A DNA stretch of 64,000 bases from Tubiluchus corallicola (Eukaryota > Animalia > Priapulida), in contig JAQGDQ010000597.1 of assembly GCA_030141605.1 (NCBI GenBank), forward strand, positions 1-64,000, read 5' to 3'. Every line of letters starts with the position of its first letter. Within the stretch, counting starts at the first letter, position 1. Of this stretch, positions 1-12,401 are shown piece after piece. A program made the position numbers and the translations under genes. Under the pieces are notes generated by a model. The model saw only the letters and a program-made list of their open reading frames with translations. It did no database searches and was not told where the DNA came from.

Positions 1-2129
1 ATAGAGTTAGTTAAACAAAGAGTAGACATGATGTTACGGGCTTTGTGTTATAAATGTGGACTAGGTAGGATGTTCGCGCATTATTGATTACACGTGTATT
101 TATACGCAAAATCTTTTGCTATTTATTATATTATAGCACATAGTTTCAAATTTGTGAAAAATGTTTGGAATGGTTTTGTTGTAATGCTGTGCTATTGGTG
201 CTTGTGCTATATGTGTCGTCATCGTTGCCACCATCATCATCATCATCAACATCATGATCACCACGTGAGGTGGTGGATTTGATGCGGTGTGGTGGTGGTG
301 TGCTTTGTGTGTTGTGCTATGGATGGTGTGGTGGGGTGATAGGGTGTGTGGGGTGTGGTGTGGGTAGTGTGGTATGGAGTGGGTGGAGTGGTGTGTGGGT
401 GGGTGGGTGTTGTGGTGCGGTGTGGTGTTATGGTGTGGTGCAGTGCGGTGTGATGTGGTGGAGCATTATGGTGTGGGTGGTGTGGTGTGGTGTGTGGGTG
501 GTGCGGTGTGGTGTGGTGCAGTGGTATGGTGTGGTGCAGTGTGGTGTGATGTGGTGGAGTCGTATGGTGTGGTTGGTGTGGTGTGGTATGTGGGTCGTGC
601 GGTGTGCTGCAGTGGTATGTTGTGGTGCGGTGTGGTGTGATGTGGTGGAGTGGTATGGTGTGGGTGGTGTGGTGTGTAGTGGGTGGGTGGTGTGGTGCAG
701 TGTGGTGTTATGGTGTGGTGCTGTGCGGTGTGATGTGGTGGAGTATTATGGTGTGGGTGGTGTGGTGTGGTGTGGTGGGTGGTGTGGTGCAGTGGTATGG
801 TGTGGTGCAGTGTGGTGTGATGTGGTGGAGTCGTATGGTGTGGGTGGTGTGGTGTGGTGTGTGGGTGGTGCGGTGTGCTGCAGCGGTATGGTGTGGTGTG
901 TAGGTGGGTGGGTGTTGTGGTGCAGTGTGGTGTTATGGTGTGGTGTGGTGCAGTGTGGTGTGGTGTTATGGTGCTGTGCGGTGTGATGTGGTGGAGTATT
1001 ATGGTGTGGGTGGTGTGGTGTGGTGTGTGGGTGGTGCAGTGGTATGATGTGGTGCAGTGTGGTGTGATGTGATGTGGTGGAGTGGTATGGTGTGGGTGGT
1101 GTGGTGTGTAGGTGGTATGGTGTGGTGCAGTGTGGTGTGATGTGGTGGAGTGGTATGGTGTGGGTGGTGTGGTGTGTAGGTGGGTGGGTGGTGTGGTGCA
1201 GTGTGGTGCTGTGTGGTGTGATGTGGTGGAGTGGTATGGTGTGGTGCAGTGTGGTGTGATGAGGTGGAGTGGTGTGGTGTGGGTTTTGTGTTGATTTGTG
1301 CACAAAATTCTTTTTGTGGGGTTTGGCTAGTATATAAATTAAGCCCATACCAAGAATATTAATATAAGAGATAAGATTCGAGGCTACAGCTTCGACGAGG
1401 GCACCATTTGCGGCGATCTATATATCAAACGAAAGGTCTCGATCTAGTGTCGTGCCATTGATGGTTTATTTTTCGAATGGGGCCCACCGGGAGGAACGGA
1501 GAGCAAAAAACCTCCAAAAATGGCCATTTTTCGGCCGTTTTTTGCAAAAGTTATACGGCTGAGATGTAGAGAACGGGAACGGGCCGAGGGTGGTACTGGG
1601 TATGGATAGATAGCCCGTTCAGCGGTGGGTGTAGTAGGCATATTTAGAATTCGCGAGAGGACCACGGCGCCCCGCAACGGGCGTTTTCCCGGACCCAACT
1701 CGCGATTTTTTCGAAATTTTGACCAAACAGCCTGCGGAAAAAACGTTCTAGCGGCGCCTGGTGAAACTCCCGGAAGGAGATATATAGCTCTTTACAAAGA
1801 GGAAGGACAGGGCTATACGATGATGTGGGTTATATTTTAGGACAGGTCCACCGAGAGGAGTATCAACGAGTTAATTGGGTGTTCTATTTTCGACAATTTT
1901 CGCTTAGAAAACTGCTGACGCAAAGCCATTGTTCTGACGTCATCCATTGTACTCTGCCTATAATCTTATAACTTTAATTCTGTAAAAGCTGCTTTGCGTT
2001 AGATAAACAGACAAACAGTAGGCAGGATGTTACGGGCTTTGTGTTATAAATGAGGACTAGGTATAATGTTCGCGTGTTATTGCTTATACGTGGTTTTTTA
2101 CGCAAAATCTTTTGCGGGGCCTTTGCTAG
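1..2129 (+). mobile_element. Non-autonomous Helitron-like element(s), tandem or composite, with two 3' termini
   Basis: Hairpin CGCAAAA-TC-TTTTGCG (2101-2116) followed by CTAG (2126-2129) then T; second hairpin CACAAAA-TTCT-TTTTGTG (1301-1318) followed by CTAG (1327-1330); 31-119 is repeated at 2027-2115. 5' end not identified. Confidence 0.65.
270..1285. repeat. GT-rich tandem array built from TGGTG-like pentamers with longer recurring units
   Basis: Recurrent GTGGTGCAGTGTGGTGTGATGTGGTGGAG motif; source of the overlapping low-complexity V/W/C/G and H/T/P ORFs. Confidence 0.95.
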
Positions 2130-4557
2130 TAACAATATTAAACTTTCTGCAGTTTTAAATTAATGACCAAAAATTTCACGTTTCATCTCTTTGCACGTTT
2201 CCGTGAAGTTCAGTAACACGGTGAAAGAAACTTTAACTGATTCACAAAATTACTGGCAGCATCCTGCCTGAACACACCTTCTTTATAGTCTTCTTCCTGC
2301 AACTGAAATCTACACTTCCGTGCGTCAAGTCACTATTTGACGAGCTGATTTTGGCTTTTCATACGGCAGTGTTAAAATGAATCTCGACCTGGCTTCCGTT
2401 TCCGTTGAAATTAGCCGTTCATTCTTTCCTTGAGCGGTTATTTTTAAAATAAAATCTTTCACAAAGTTGTAACCGTCAGTTGCCACTCTAATTCTTTATT
2501 TTAGTTAAGCAAAGAGAGTATTTGTCTGAACATATTGTAACCCCCTAAACAAAGTCACTGAAGCTTTCGAAGGTAGGGGCTACCTGTTATAGACTTATTC
2601 AATTTCTTTAATTATCCCTCGCCTAGAACTTTGGGTCAACGTTTACAATTCTCCACACACAATAAATTTGTTCGTGAAGCGGATTTCGGTTAGGGTTAGG
2701 GCTGGTGTTAGGGTTAGGGTTATAGTTAGGTTATTTAAATTGTGTGGGGAATGGTAAACTGCTTCCGAACTTTGTCTCAAATGGGTGACTTGTCCTCTTT
2801 GTGGATTGTTGTTGCAAACTGGATGTTGACTCATTATAAGAAGTAGTCCTCCAACATGAGACATTGAATCAGGAGAGAGTTGTTGGTAAAAGGCAAAGAG
2901 AGGGGTTCCATGAACGAGATAATTCTCAAAGGCGTTTATCACATGAAACCGCCCAGAAAGTGTACCAAGTATTTGAGTCACCATCAATTCACTCACCAGG
3001 CTTAGCATTGGTTAACTACAGCAACTTTGCACTCATTTTTACCAAAGTCACTTTTCTTGTTTACCGTGCTACGTAACTATTCAGATTTTGATACTCAAAA
3101 CTCTAATAATTTTATTTTTAGGGTGATAACCATGTTGTCGGTTGGTGCTTCTCTTGTCTTCATTACCAGTTTTGTCATTTTGTGGGCGGGATTTCGAAAT
3201 GTCTCCTGCCAGCATACGTCGCCACCGGAATACTTGTAGCAACAGAATACCACCGGTGCCAGCAAGTCAGTGGCTCCATCTTTGAATTGTTTAGGTTAAG
3301 CTGGATTAGTTTGACGCTGAAATGTGCACTTTCCAAGACGCGAAGGGCAGAAACATAAATTTAATTATTATTTGGCGCTCTATGTGGCCAAATAAGGATC
3401 AATAACTGAAAAAAACAATTGAAGCTTTCGTCATATTGCTGTGAATTCATCTAGAAAAGGCTGCACCTAATTAATAAAACTGACAAAAGCAAGATTCCGC
3501 ATTTTCTCGCGAATGAGTGTTAACGGTGTTTAAACACGTTGGTGTTTTCATTGCAAATGGCACTATCTTTAGCAATATTATTTGAATTTCTAGAATGGAT
3601 TGAATTTTATGATTCTAAATTAAATTCGCGCTTGATGCAGATAAGTTATTTGATAAGAACATTTACTGTTTTTATGTATCTTGTTTAAATTACTTCACAT
3701 CGTTGTTGAAATTTTTAAGATATGCGTTTGAGAATCAATAAGTTGACACAAGTGATTTGTAAGAAAGTCAAAGACATTGGAATGTAAGGTAAATTATTTA
3801 AGGCGTCGTTTTGTCTTTGCGTTAATAGCAGTTTTATTCAGATGTTTTGTGCGATGTAATCGGCCTAAGGTTTCTTTGTACATAACTGAAGTTTTTGTTG
3901 TGCAAACATTTTGTAAACTGCAGTGTACATAAACCTAACGTTATAACGTTAAGAAGGAATTCATATTATTATGTCAAATAAAATTTAACTATATTATTAT
4001 GTCAAATAAAATTTATCTATGTTACAGAGAACACTTTTATCTGTTTTGTAAGTTAATGAACAACTAATGCACTGTTCTATGTTAACCAGGTGCCAAGTGC
4101 AACTAAACAGGTCCCCCTGTTATCATTCACGATATCATTCGCATTAATCTGAATCAGTCTAGAACTTTGCGCTCAAAAGTCTGACTTCCACATTTGCAAG
4201 AAAACACCTCGGACACAACCCTCATCCCTTGTACCGGTGCCAAACGATGAACACGGCAACATTTTTCTCAAAATTAAACAATTCAAATTCATTGAGTGTT
4301 TTGTATTGTAAAATATAAATGTAGACGCAAAATACATTTTTATGGTGGCTTATGCTGAATAAAGAAAATCAAATAATCTCTTAATAATTAGCCTGATTAA
4401 ATGCAGCCAAAAACAGTGATCGATATAAGATACCAAAAACAGTAGAATTACTGTTGAAAACAAAAACTGAATTAAAAGAAGTTGTAACATTATATAACAT
4501 TAGGCTTTAAGCCTATATATTGGCCTACGCTGACGGCCTACAAGCCAATGTAATCAC

Positions 4558-4870
4558 CAGTGGCGTAGCTAACAGGGAAGCAAGAGGAGTCACGGCTCCC
4601 CCGGACACATTTTCAAAGAACTGGCGCCTTTTCAACCACTTTGTTCACCTTTGAGATAAAAAGTATTTTTTTTATTTTTCAATCTTAGAAGAATTTTCTG
4701 GAGCCATTGCTTTATTTATGCAGTTCCTTTAAAACTGTATCTTCTTCATGTTTCGATTTTAAACACAAAATTAAAAAGCATAATAAATTGATTAAAAATA
4801 GTTTGTTATGTGTCACGGCGCCTTTTTAAGTGCTTATTCCCCCTAACTTTAGAACCTGGCTACGCCCCTG
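4558..4870. mobile_element. MITE with hAT-like TIRs in the lectin 3' UTR
   Basis: Termini CAGTGGCGTAGC...GCTACGCCCCTG; no clean 8-bp TSD. Confidence 0.7.
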
Positions 4871-4878
4871 GTTACCAG

Positions 4879-5123
4879 TTAGTTGTGTATGATCTTTGAC
4901 TCGCATATAAATGGTTGAGATGTGTTGCAAGGCACATCATTCCATTCGCTGTCGTAGTATACTTGAAGCTCTGCGCAGTGTTCACCGCCTTCCCCATCTT
5001 CGTAGTTGTTGGGTTCACCAAAAGCCCAATCCTCAAAGACCAGAGACTCACCATTGGCTATCCATCTCCAGTCTCCTTCGACATGTTGGTCTGTGGCACC
5101 GATCCAGTAGTAGTAGAGATCTT
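4879..5123 (-). CDS. C-type lectin, last coding exon (EPN and WND motifs)
   Basis: Acceptor tcttttcgtag (NAGNAG tagaag), phase 1; EDLYYYWIGATDQHVEGDWRW...GEPNNYEDGEGGEHCAEL...WNDVPCNTSQPFICESKIIHN*. Confidence 0.93.
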
Positions 5124-6571
5124 CTACGAAAAGACACAGAAAAACTACAAATAAGGAAAAACAGTAAGCTCCAATCTCTTTTTCATGTGACCTTCGTACA
5201 AAGAGCCTTTGGAGTTCCTCTAGAGCAACAGCAACAACAATAGCTACAGCAATGGCATCGTTGGTCAATCTTGCTGACGACAAAAAGCAGATATATTGCA
5301 AGAGAACAAGGTCTACAACGGCGGTAAAGCAACGATAAGATCATTATCGTCAGTACAACTAAGTCACAAAAATGTCGCTCAAGGTCAAAAAAGAACAAAC
5401 AACGAGAAAACAAAATTTGTCTCTGAATTTGCACTTATTTCCCCCCGTATGGCCACATGTGCACTTATTGTCCCAAGTGTCTGCATGTGCGCTTATTGGA
5501 CCTACGTGGTCTGGTCACATGTGCACATAGAATAAATAAATTTGATTAATTACGCTGTTGTTCCTGTTGAATCCATCACGTTGCTGACTATGTCTATTTC
5601 TATATTTCTATAGTTCCGGTTACTTCATACAGATACCATCACATCTTTCTCTTTCTTTCTATTCTCTATTAACTTTTCTTTTCCACCCCTTTACTGTTCT
5701 TTTCTACTTCACTCAATCCACATTCATTTAGGATGCTCTCAACAAGTAATTACTTTTTGAGTATCTCACGGGTCATTTGCAGTTTGGCATCGTTTGTACA
5801 TAATAATAAATATGTCATAAAATTCTTTTAGGTGCTATGCTGTAATGATCGTTGTGGATATATTTAATAAATAATAAGAAAAATAATAGTAATAATAATA
5901 ATTATACAGCCAACATTTCTAAAAATTTGCGTGCTCACTCATGAAATTGGCCTGTGGCCCACATGCAGGTAAATCCGGTCCTGGATATAACTAATCTAAA
6001 AACAACCAAAACTTTAAATTTCGTTTTGATATATCTCCGAAGGTTAATTTTTTGTATAATAGACACTCTACAAGCTGGAATCCAGCGTTTAATAACAGAG
6101 GCTACTCAGCATACTCAATTGTGATTGTGACAAGACCGGAGATTGACTCATTACAAAGACTGACCCTGATGAGCCACTGAACCGACGGAAGAGGCTTATA
6201 CCATGTTCGGACATACATCTGCTCTAAACGAGATAAACAGACAACATCAGTATGCGGAATGAAACCACCCAGGGCGAGTTTTGAACCCAGACGGTCATGA
6301 ACTGCTGCTGATACTCAATTCGTCTCGAAATACAACATCATTAATGCAAGGCGCACATATGTGCATAAACAGCAAAATTCTGGCTATTTTTCCTCTTCTC
6401 AAAAGGATATCACAATATTAGATTTAATCTTTTACCTGTAGATTAGGTAAAAGAAATGGAAAATTTGAAAATGGGATAGAAAATTGAGACATTTTCTAGA
6501 CACACTGCTTTGAGACTGCTGTAGCAGTTGGCCTTCGTTTTAGAAATACCTGTATCATCATTGATAATTAC

Positions 6572-6767
6572 CAACATTTACTGTGACGTGTTCAACTAAG
6601 AACTGATTTTCCGCAGCCGTTTCTATGGAAACTAGCTCCGCCCCTATGATCTTGCAAGCCATCACTGCTTGAATCCAAGACATTGGTATTTCGTAGAATC
6701 GGTAACAATGTCCACTGAAGTACACGTCACCATTATCACATTGTGCTAAGCCTCTTTCGTCAGGTAC
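6572..6767 (-). CDS. C-type lectin, coding exon 2 (N-terminal half of the CTLD)
   Basis: ttttcag|GTA...GTT G|gtaatt; VPDERGLAQCDNGDVYFSGHCYRFYEIPMSWIQAVMACKIIGAELVSIETAAENQFLVEHVTVNV; phases 0 to 1 fit both neighbours. Confidence 0.92.
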
Positions 6768-6899
6768 CTGAAAATGTCAATATTAAAGAAAACATGCAAA
6801 TTTTCATTATCTATGTTTGTCGATCGCAATTAGCGATGATGTCACTATTGGGTACAATTTTCCAATGATTGTTTCCCGTGCGTTGTACACATGTTTTCT

Positions 6900-7458
6900 G
6901 ATAAGAAGCGAGTAACAACACATTCCATTCCGACTTCATATGAGTCCTCCACAAGTCCGTGATGAAATAACGTAACATATTTTCGATTATTTGTCGTTTT
7001 AAATACTAAGTGAATGCTATGGCCATCTAGCGGTAATATTTTCCAATTTTCTGTTGTTATTATTACACATGAAAACTTATTGTTAAATGAATCAGCTGTC
7101 AGCATATTTCAATGACCTGCTGGACGACAATAACCTTTTCACAGTTTCGTTGTGCACACGCGCAGTTGCTGTAGATCAAAGGTCAAGTGTACTACAGCAA
7201 CGCGTCTTAATTACAACGTCACGTGACACGTGGGTAAAGCAATCCCGTCTGCCGCATCACTTCAACAACTTCATTTGTTTTACGTGGACTGTTAATTATG
7301 CATTTTCTGTGCGTAGATTGATTCACTAGCAGGATCTTGCTTGGGAACAAAAAAGAATGTAAAAGACAAGATTCTAGTTAGCTGTTGAAACTGTTACTAT
7401 TACAATAGCTCGGGCTGTGAGGCGTTGTCAAGTGTACACAAATCCGTTGTCAGGTACA
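6900..7458 (+). mobile_element. Dispersed repeat family A, copy 1 (MITE core from ~7129 plus shared left extension)
   Basis: Closely matches 40278-40880; core also at 43586-43989 and, inverted, at 61227-61609. Confidence 0.85.
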
Positions 7459-7643
7459 ACGGCCGGTTATACCAGACTTTTAAAATGGTACATTCTGTTA
7501 CCCTGTCTGGCGGGTGATTACCCTGGTATTTAGGGTAAAAGTGCGGTAATAAGAGTCTCTGTAGTGTGTTATTCACAGCCGGCGATAAAAGCTCTTTGAG
7601 CTAATATTAGTTGTTCATCCAATGCCGACTTTAAATAAAGACG

Positions 7644-7644
<1 letters not shown>

Positions 7645-7694
<50 letters not shown>

Positions 7695-7735
7695 ACGACG
7701 ACGACTACTACTACTACTACTACTACTACTATTAT
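7645..7735. repeat. Compound trinucleotide microsatellite (GCC)n(GAC)n(TAC)n(TAT)n
   Basis: Directly visible in lectin intron 1. Confidence 0.95.
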
Positions 7736-7789
7736 TGTTAAAAATGTTGTAAAAACACTATTTCTTAGATAGCCTAGCCAAAAGCTTAC

Positions 7790-7903
7790 CTGACAGTTGT
7801 TATGACACTCGCAAACTGGGTTTGTTATTGGAGCAGGATCATAATGACCTTCCAACGCTTGAACTACCATCAACAGAATCACCAAACGACTAAAAGCAAT
7901 CAT
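7790..7903 (-). CDS. C-type lectin, coding exon 1 (signal peptide plus Cys-containing neck); full protein about 184 aa, perlucin-like
   Basis: MIAFSRLVILLMVVQALEG-HYDPAPITNPVCECHNNCQ, donor CAG|gtaagc in phase 0. Confidence 0.85.
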
Positions 7904-7990
7904 TTCAGAAGGGAAAATTCACAAATTCAACAGTTAGAATACCCGGATGTCTCTGAAATAAAAGTGGGCTTACATTTACATACAACTAAA

Positions 7991-7997
7991 TTTTATA
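7991..7997 (-). promoter_or_regulatory. Candidate TATA box of the lectin gene
   Basis: TATAAAA on the minus strand about 90 bp upstream of the ATG. An upstream non-coding exon (donor at 8191-8192) is an alternative. Confidence 0.35.
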
Positions 7998-8914
7998 AAT
8001 AACTAACAAATGCTGAAGTATCTTTAGCCTTAGCCACCATAACAGGTTTATAAGATTTCTTAACTACTGCGACGATCACTTTACAGCTTCAAAAGAATGA
8101 TTCTGCCTAGTGTTTTAATATTAACCTTTTCGTACCAACTACAAAAAGTTATTGTAGACCTAACATTATAAGCCTAAATTTAAAATACTCACCAGAACTC
8201 AACCGTTTTCCTCTACATTTACGAAATTCACTTGTAAAGTGAAATGTACGACTGACTACCTTGCCAACTTTCGCAAAGTTGTTCACCAATTTTCAACACA
8301 TTTCGAATGATTCGACCAAAGAAGCCAAAAACTACAGGCACAAAAATGAATGAAGTAGTCAAAACGGGTACATTCATACATACAGGTGCTTCAGTGCCCA
8401 GGGTAAAATCTGTACAGCATTGATACTTTTGCAATATTCGCTTAACAGCAACCTATTTTTATACAATTTTGCACTCTGCAAAATGGTATCCATGCAATTA
8501 CTGTTCTATATAGATTGTAATGGAGCAAACCAGCAATTAATCGAATTTTGATAACAAACTGAAATACGGGAAATGTGAAAAGTTTGAATACAACCTGGAT
8601 TTGAATTAGGAATCTTTTACTTACAAGACAGGCGCCTAGAGACTTCAGCCACTCCAATATAATGTAATCATTGATAATAAGCCTGACGTTAAGATATAAT
8701 AATTAATTAAGTACCTACAAAGGTTTCAGGCTCAAATTAATCAAAATATGATTGATTAATTAATTAGTTAGAATCACTCTAGTGTGAGCGATGTGAAGGA
8801 TCTAACACTGGAAATGCTGAATTGGGTGAGTCAGGGATAAATTTTGGACTGCCTTTGTGTGTGGTGTTGTGGTGTGTGTAGTGTTGATGTCATCTGAGTT
8901 TAATTGACTAATGA

Positions 8915-8990
8915 GTGATACAGTGGCCGAGCAGTCCGAGACGTCTGCCTTGTAAGTAGAAGGTTGCCGGTTCAAATCCAGCCTGCACAA
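8915..8990 (+). pseudogene. tRNA-like sequence (tRNA pseudogene or SINE head, Thr-TGT-like)
   Basis: A-box-like TGGCCGAGCAG, anticodon arm TCTGC-CTTGTAA-GTAGA, B-box GGTTCAAATCC, then a T-run; acceptor stem poorly paired. Confidence 0.55.
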
Positions 8991-10698
8991 CTTTTTATAT
9001 TTCACCTCCTTGAAATTTTATACTAGATTTATAATGCTTATGCTGCATCATTAGTAATAATCTTGACATTAGGAATATATTAATTAATTATGTAAATGAT
9101 TTGTGATGATTAGAAACAGAAATCTTCAAACGTGAAACACTGAACTGATAGGCGTGCCTTGGATATATTTGGAAGGCAGATAAAACCGCCCAGAGCTGTT
9201 TCTTTGTGTCACCCATTTATTTACAGGTCGAGCTTAGTATTGCTTCATTTTGGTTCCAAAACATACACTCTGTGATCATTCAGCTATTCTCATCGCTAAC
9301 ATTTATCTAACATTACCCAAATCAAATGCAAGTGTTATGATATTATCATAATATTACTAGTAATTATTATAGTAATTATTACTTTAGATCTCTACAACTT
9401 CAGAAAAGTGAAAAACATTTGCCGCATATTCTTTGAAATAAAAAAGCACGACTCAAAGCATACGGATTGTCTCACATAAATTATGTGACCGTAAATATAT
9501 TATAGAAACGCAACTGCTCTATATAGAACTTGTGCCACTTAAATTCTTTGTTCACTTCAAAATGAAGTTATAATTCGATTAACTTATTTGACTGAAAAAT
9601 GCAGCCTGTATAGAGCAAACAGTAATTATGCGTTCACGTTATGTTATTAACAATATTCATTAATTTTCATGATTTTTACCATACTTATTTCATGATTCTT
9701 AATAGGTTTTTGCAAGGTTTTCTCTGTAGATTTCTAGAAAGCAAAGTTCTTTATAATATTGAGCTGAGTAGGTGAAAGTGCATTGTACAGTTCTATTCAT
9801 AGGCACCAGGCCAACCAACCTACAGGTAATGTTATGACCTCCACTTTAAACTAGGAAGCCCATAACATTAACTGCGATTGGTTGAGCAGTGGTTTCCTGT
9901 AGAAAGAACGAACACGTGACATCGTCAGTTGTCTTCTGGTTGTCGTGGAATGCACTTCTCTTGTCTGCCTGCCGAGTGTCGTGGATTCCGTAAGGTTTGA
10001 AGCATTGTTATTGGGTTTTTTTCTATTGTGTTGTTCTTCTCAGCCGTCCCTTTTGAATTCTAAGTTTTGGTTTTGTTGTTTCTTTTTTTTAAAATTTCTG
10101 GAGTGTCCGTTATGCAGCGCTTACCCGCATCACCGATGGCGGACCGTAAGGCTATCTACCGGGTCGAACCCCGGAACAATATCCTCGAAAGACAGTCGTA
10201 ACACCCAGTCTCTGCATAGCCGTCTACCTCACATTTTCAACTGTGAAAGATTTTTGCGGTCATTAACATACTTTATTAAAATTTTATCTTATACTTTAAT
10301 AAGTTTTCAATTTATTTTTTGCCAGCTTGTTGACTTCTGAGCTTTGATGCCGTAAGCAGGTGTTTAGTCTGCTTATGTGTTATCCGGCCATGTTATCCTC
10401 TTTATTTTTGTTAAAACATGGAAATTAAACTTCTGTGCTTTCTGATGGGTGGAATGTCACTCTGGGAAAAGAATCTTCAACGAAATTTACATACTTATGT
10501 AATAATTAAAAAACGAACTCCCAATAAATTAACCTTAATGCCGATTTTATTTACCACCAGTTAATATCATTTACCTGACAGTTTTCAAGTTCCCAAGTTT
10601 AATAATAAAAAATAAAAATTAGTTCATAATAAAGACAAAAATTAAATATTTATCAGTAATTCATTTTATATCCAGTCCACCATTTTATGCACATATTT

Positions 10699-10812
10699 TC
10701 AAGCTCGTTTGCACTTTCCCGATGCATTAAAATCGTCGGCTTTATCGCATGTCAGTCCTTCTACGCAACCACCGTATATGTTCCACGGACCTCCACACTT
10801 GTCTCCTGGTCC
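10699..10812 (-). CDS. Single insulin-binding-domain (IGFBP N-domain) protein, exon 3
   Basis: ttttcacatag|GGA; [37 protein letters not shown]; phase 0. Not in the ORF track. Confidence 0.92.
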   Translation of the reverse strand, partial: GPGDKCGGPWNIYGGCVEGLTCDKADDFNASGKCKRA

Positions 10813-11598
10813 CTATGTGAAAACGAAAATTTATTTCTGTTCTCTAATTTTGTTGATATCTACACCAATGCACATCTACAAAAGTGAGAAGAGATGGCAT
10901 AGGCGTACCTGAGGAAGTTTCGCAAAGTGAGCAGAAGGAATTTGCCCTTGAAAATTTTCTTACTTGCCCTAGCTTAATTGATTTCCAGATAAGTGCAAAA
11001 AACAGGATATATAGGATTATAGACTGACAAGATAAAAAACAAAACATTTATAGGCCTGTGAAAATAATCCAGTCAAAAATAGTCATTAGAGAAACATAAA
11101 GATTTCAGTAAATTGTGGCCACACTAATAATACACTTTATTAACAAAATTCAAATTTAACTGTTACACTTTACATTTCAAATTAAGTTACAAATCATAAC
11201 AAAAATAATCACATAATTCACAGCACTTTGAATGAGTAATCTCACATACAGGCCTATATAAAAAACAAGAAAAAGGGGACCACCCTTTGTGCTACCTGCT
11301 GATAGGTGGTCACCGATCAGCGGTGACACTTCCTTTTTATAGGCAAGGTTAACTAAACGCATGGTTAACACATGCGTGAACGAAGCATACGATCTAAATA
11401 ATATTGTAAGGCCACAAAAGAAGCCAGACTTGGTTTAAAGCGGATTATCCGACAACAATTTCAGTCAAGCTTTAAACCACTAATCTGGGAAGTGTCTTTT
11501 GTATCATATCTGTTACATCACGCACTGAAGGGCTAACTTTTTATAAAAGTTTTGTATCGCAAAAAACAAGACGCTCATAACGTTGAACACGATTTGTT

Positions 11599-12186
11599 CA
11601 AAGCAAAACCGGACACAATCTTAAACTGTATGTCAAAACAATCTACTGTCTAAAATATTGAAAGGAAACATACTATGTTTTCCAGAATGCCTGACGTGAA
11701 AAAATTATTATCACACAATCGCAATTTCATGTTCCCGTCACTAACTCTTCGCCATTCTTTAGTTAGACGGGCACTAGTACCTGCATTTCGAAAACGCATT
11801 GCACAAAAAATACGTGCTGTACCTCTCAATTCAGATGTGTTAGTTTGTTATGAACTACACACGTTTGACAGCTCATGCGGTAAATTTGAAAATTGAGTTT
11901 TTATCTTTAAACTTGCATAGTTTTAGTACAACGCACTGAATCTCTTACAGCAGCACTGTACTTCAATTTTCATTTTCGCAAACACGTGCAACACACTCGT
12001 GGAATATTTTGCTGTTGAAAATTATGTTAGTTTGTAATGTCATCAACACTTGGGCTCACCCACTGTTACTTAAGTTTTTAGTCTGTTATTGAATTATCAA
12101 AAACGCTTTTAATTGTGTTAAAATGTATACTTTTACCGTACTTGAAGACGGGATAATATATGAAAAATTATCCTGTCTTCCTTTGA
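11599..12186 (+). mobile_element. Dispersed repeat family B, copy 1 (DNA-transposon-like)
   Basis: Collinear similarity to 45773-46367; both end ATCCTGTCTTCCTTT(G/A)A. Confidence 0.8.
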
Positions 12187-12253
12187 TTATAAAAGTTAGC
12201 CACAAAAATGAATAGATAGTGTGTGGACACTTTCATCTGTAACAGTTACTTAC

Positions 12254-12401
12254 GTTTATACACTTGTCACAACACGCGCATGCATCTTTGCCCACACCAT
12301 ATGGGCAGTCTGCTTCTGTGAGTTTAGGTCTGTTAGTTTCCTTGCAGAAAGCTTCACTTCCACCTAGCCAATTCCAGCAAGGACATGAAAGACTGTAAGC
12401 C
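12254..12401 (-). CDS. Single insulin-binding-domain protein, exon 2
   Basis: tttttgcag|G...AAC|gtaagt; AYSLSCPCWNWLGGSEAFCKETNRPKLTEADCPYGVGKDACACCDKCIN, a variant of the IGFBP GCGCCxxC motif. Confidence 0.92.

Noticed and set aside
270-1348. Long overlapping V/W/C/G- and H/T/P-rich ORFs
   Set aside because: They arise from a stop-poor GT-rich tandem array and are open in several frames on both strands.
2688-2731. TTAGGG repeats as a telomere or fusion site
   Set aside because: Only about four imperfect units; such short tracts are common inside invertebrate repeats.
6165-6210. Hammerhead ribozyme (CTGATGAG...)
   Set aside because: No GAAA follows the putative stem II, so the core is incomplete.
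6845-7105. Duplicated 'MLTADSFNN' ORF (also 40256-40483) as a gene family
   Set aside because: Lies in repeat family A; the C-termini diverge at the repeat edge and no domain is recognisable.
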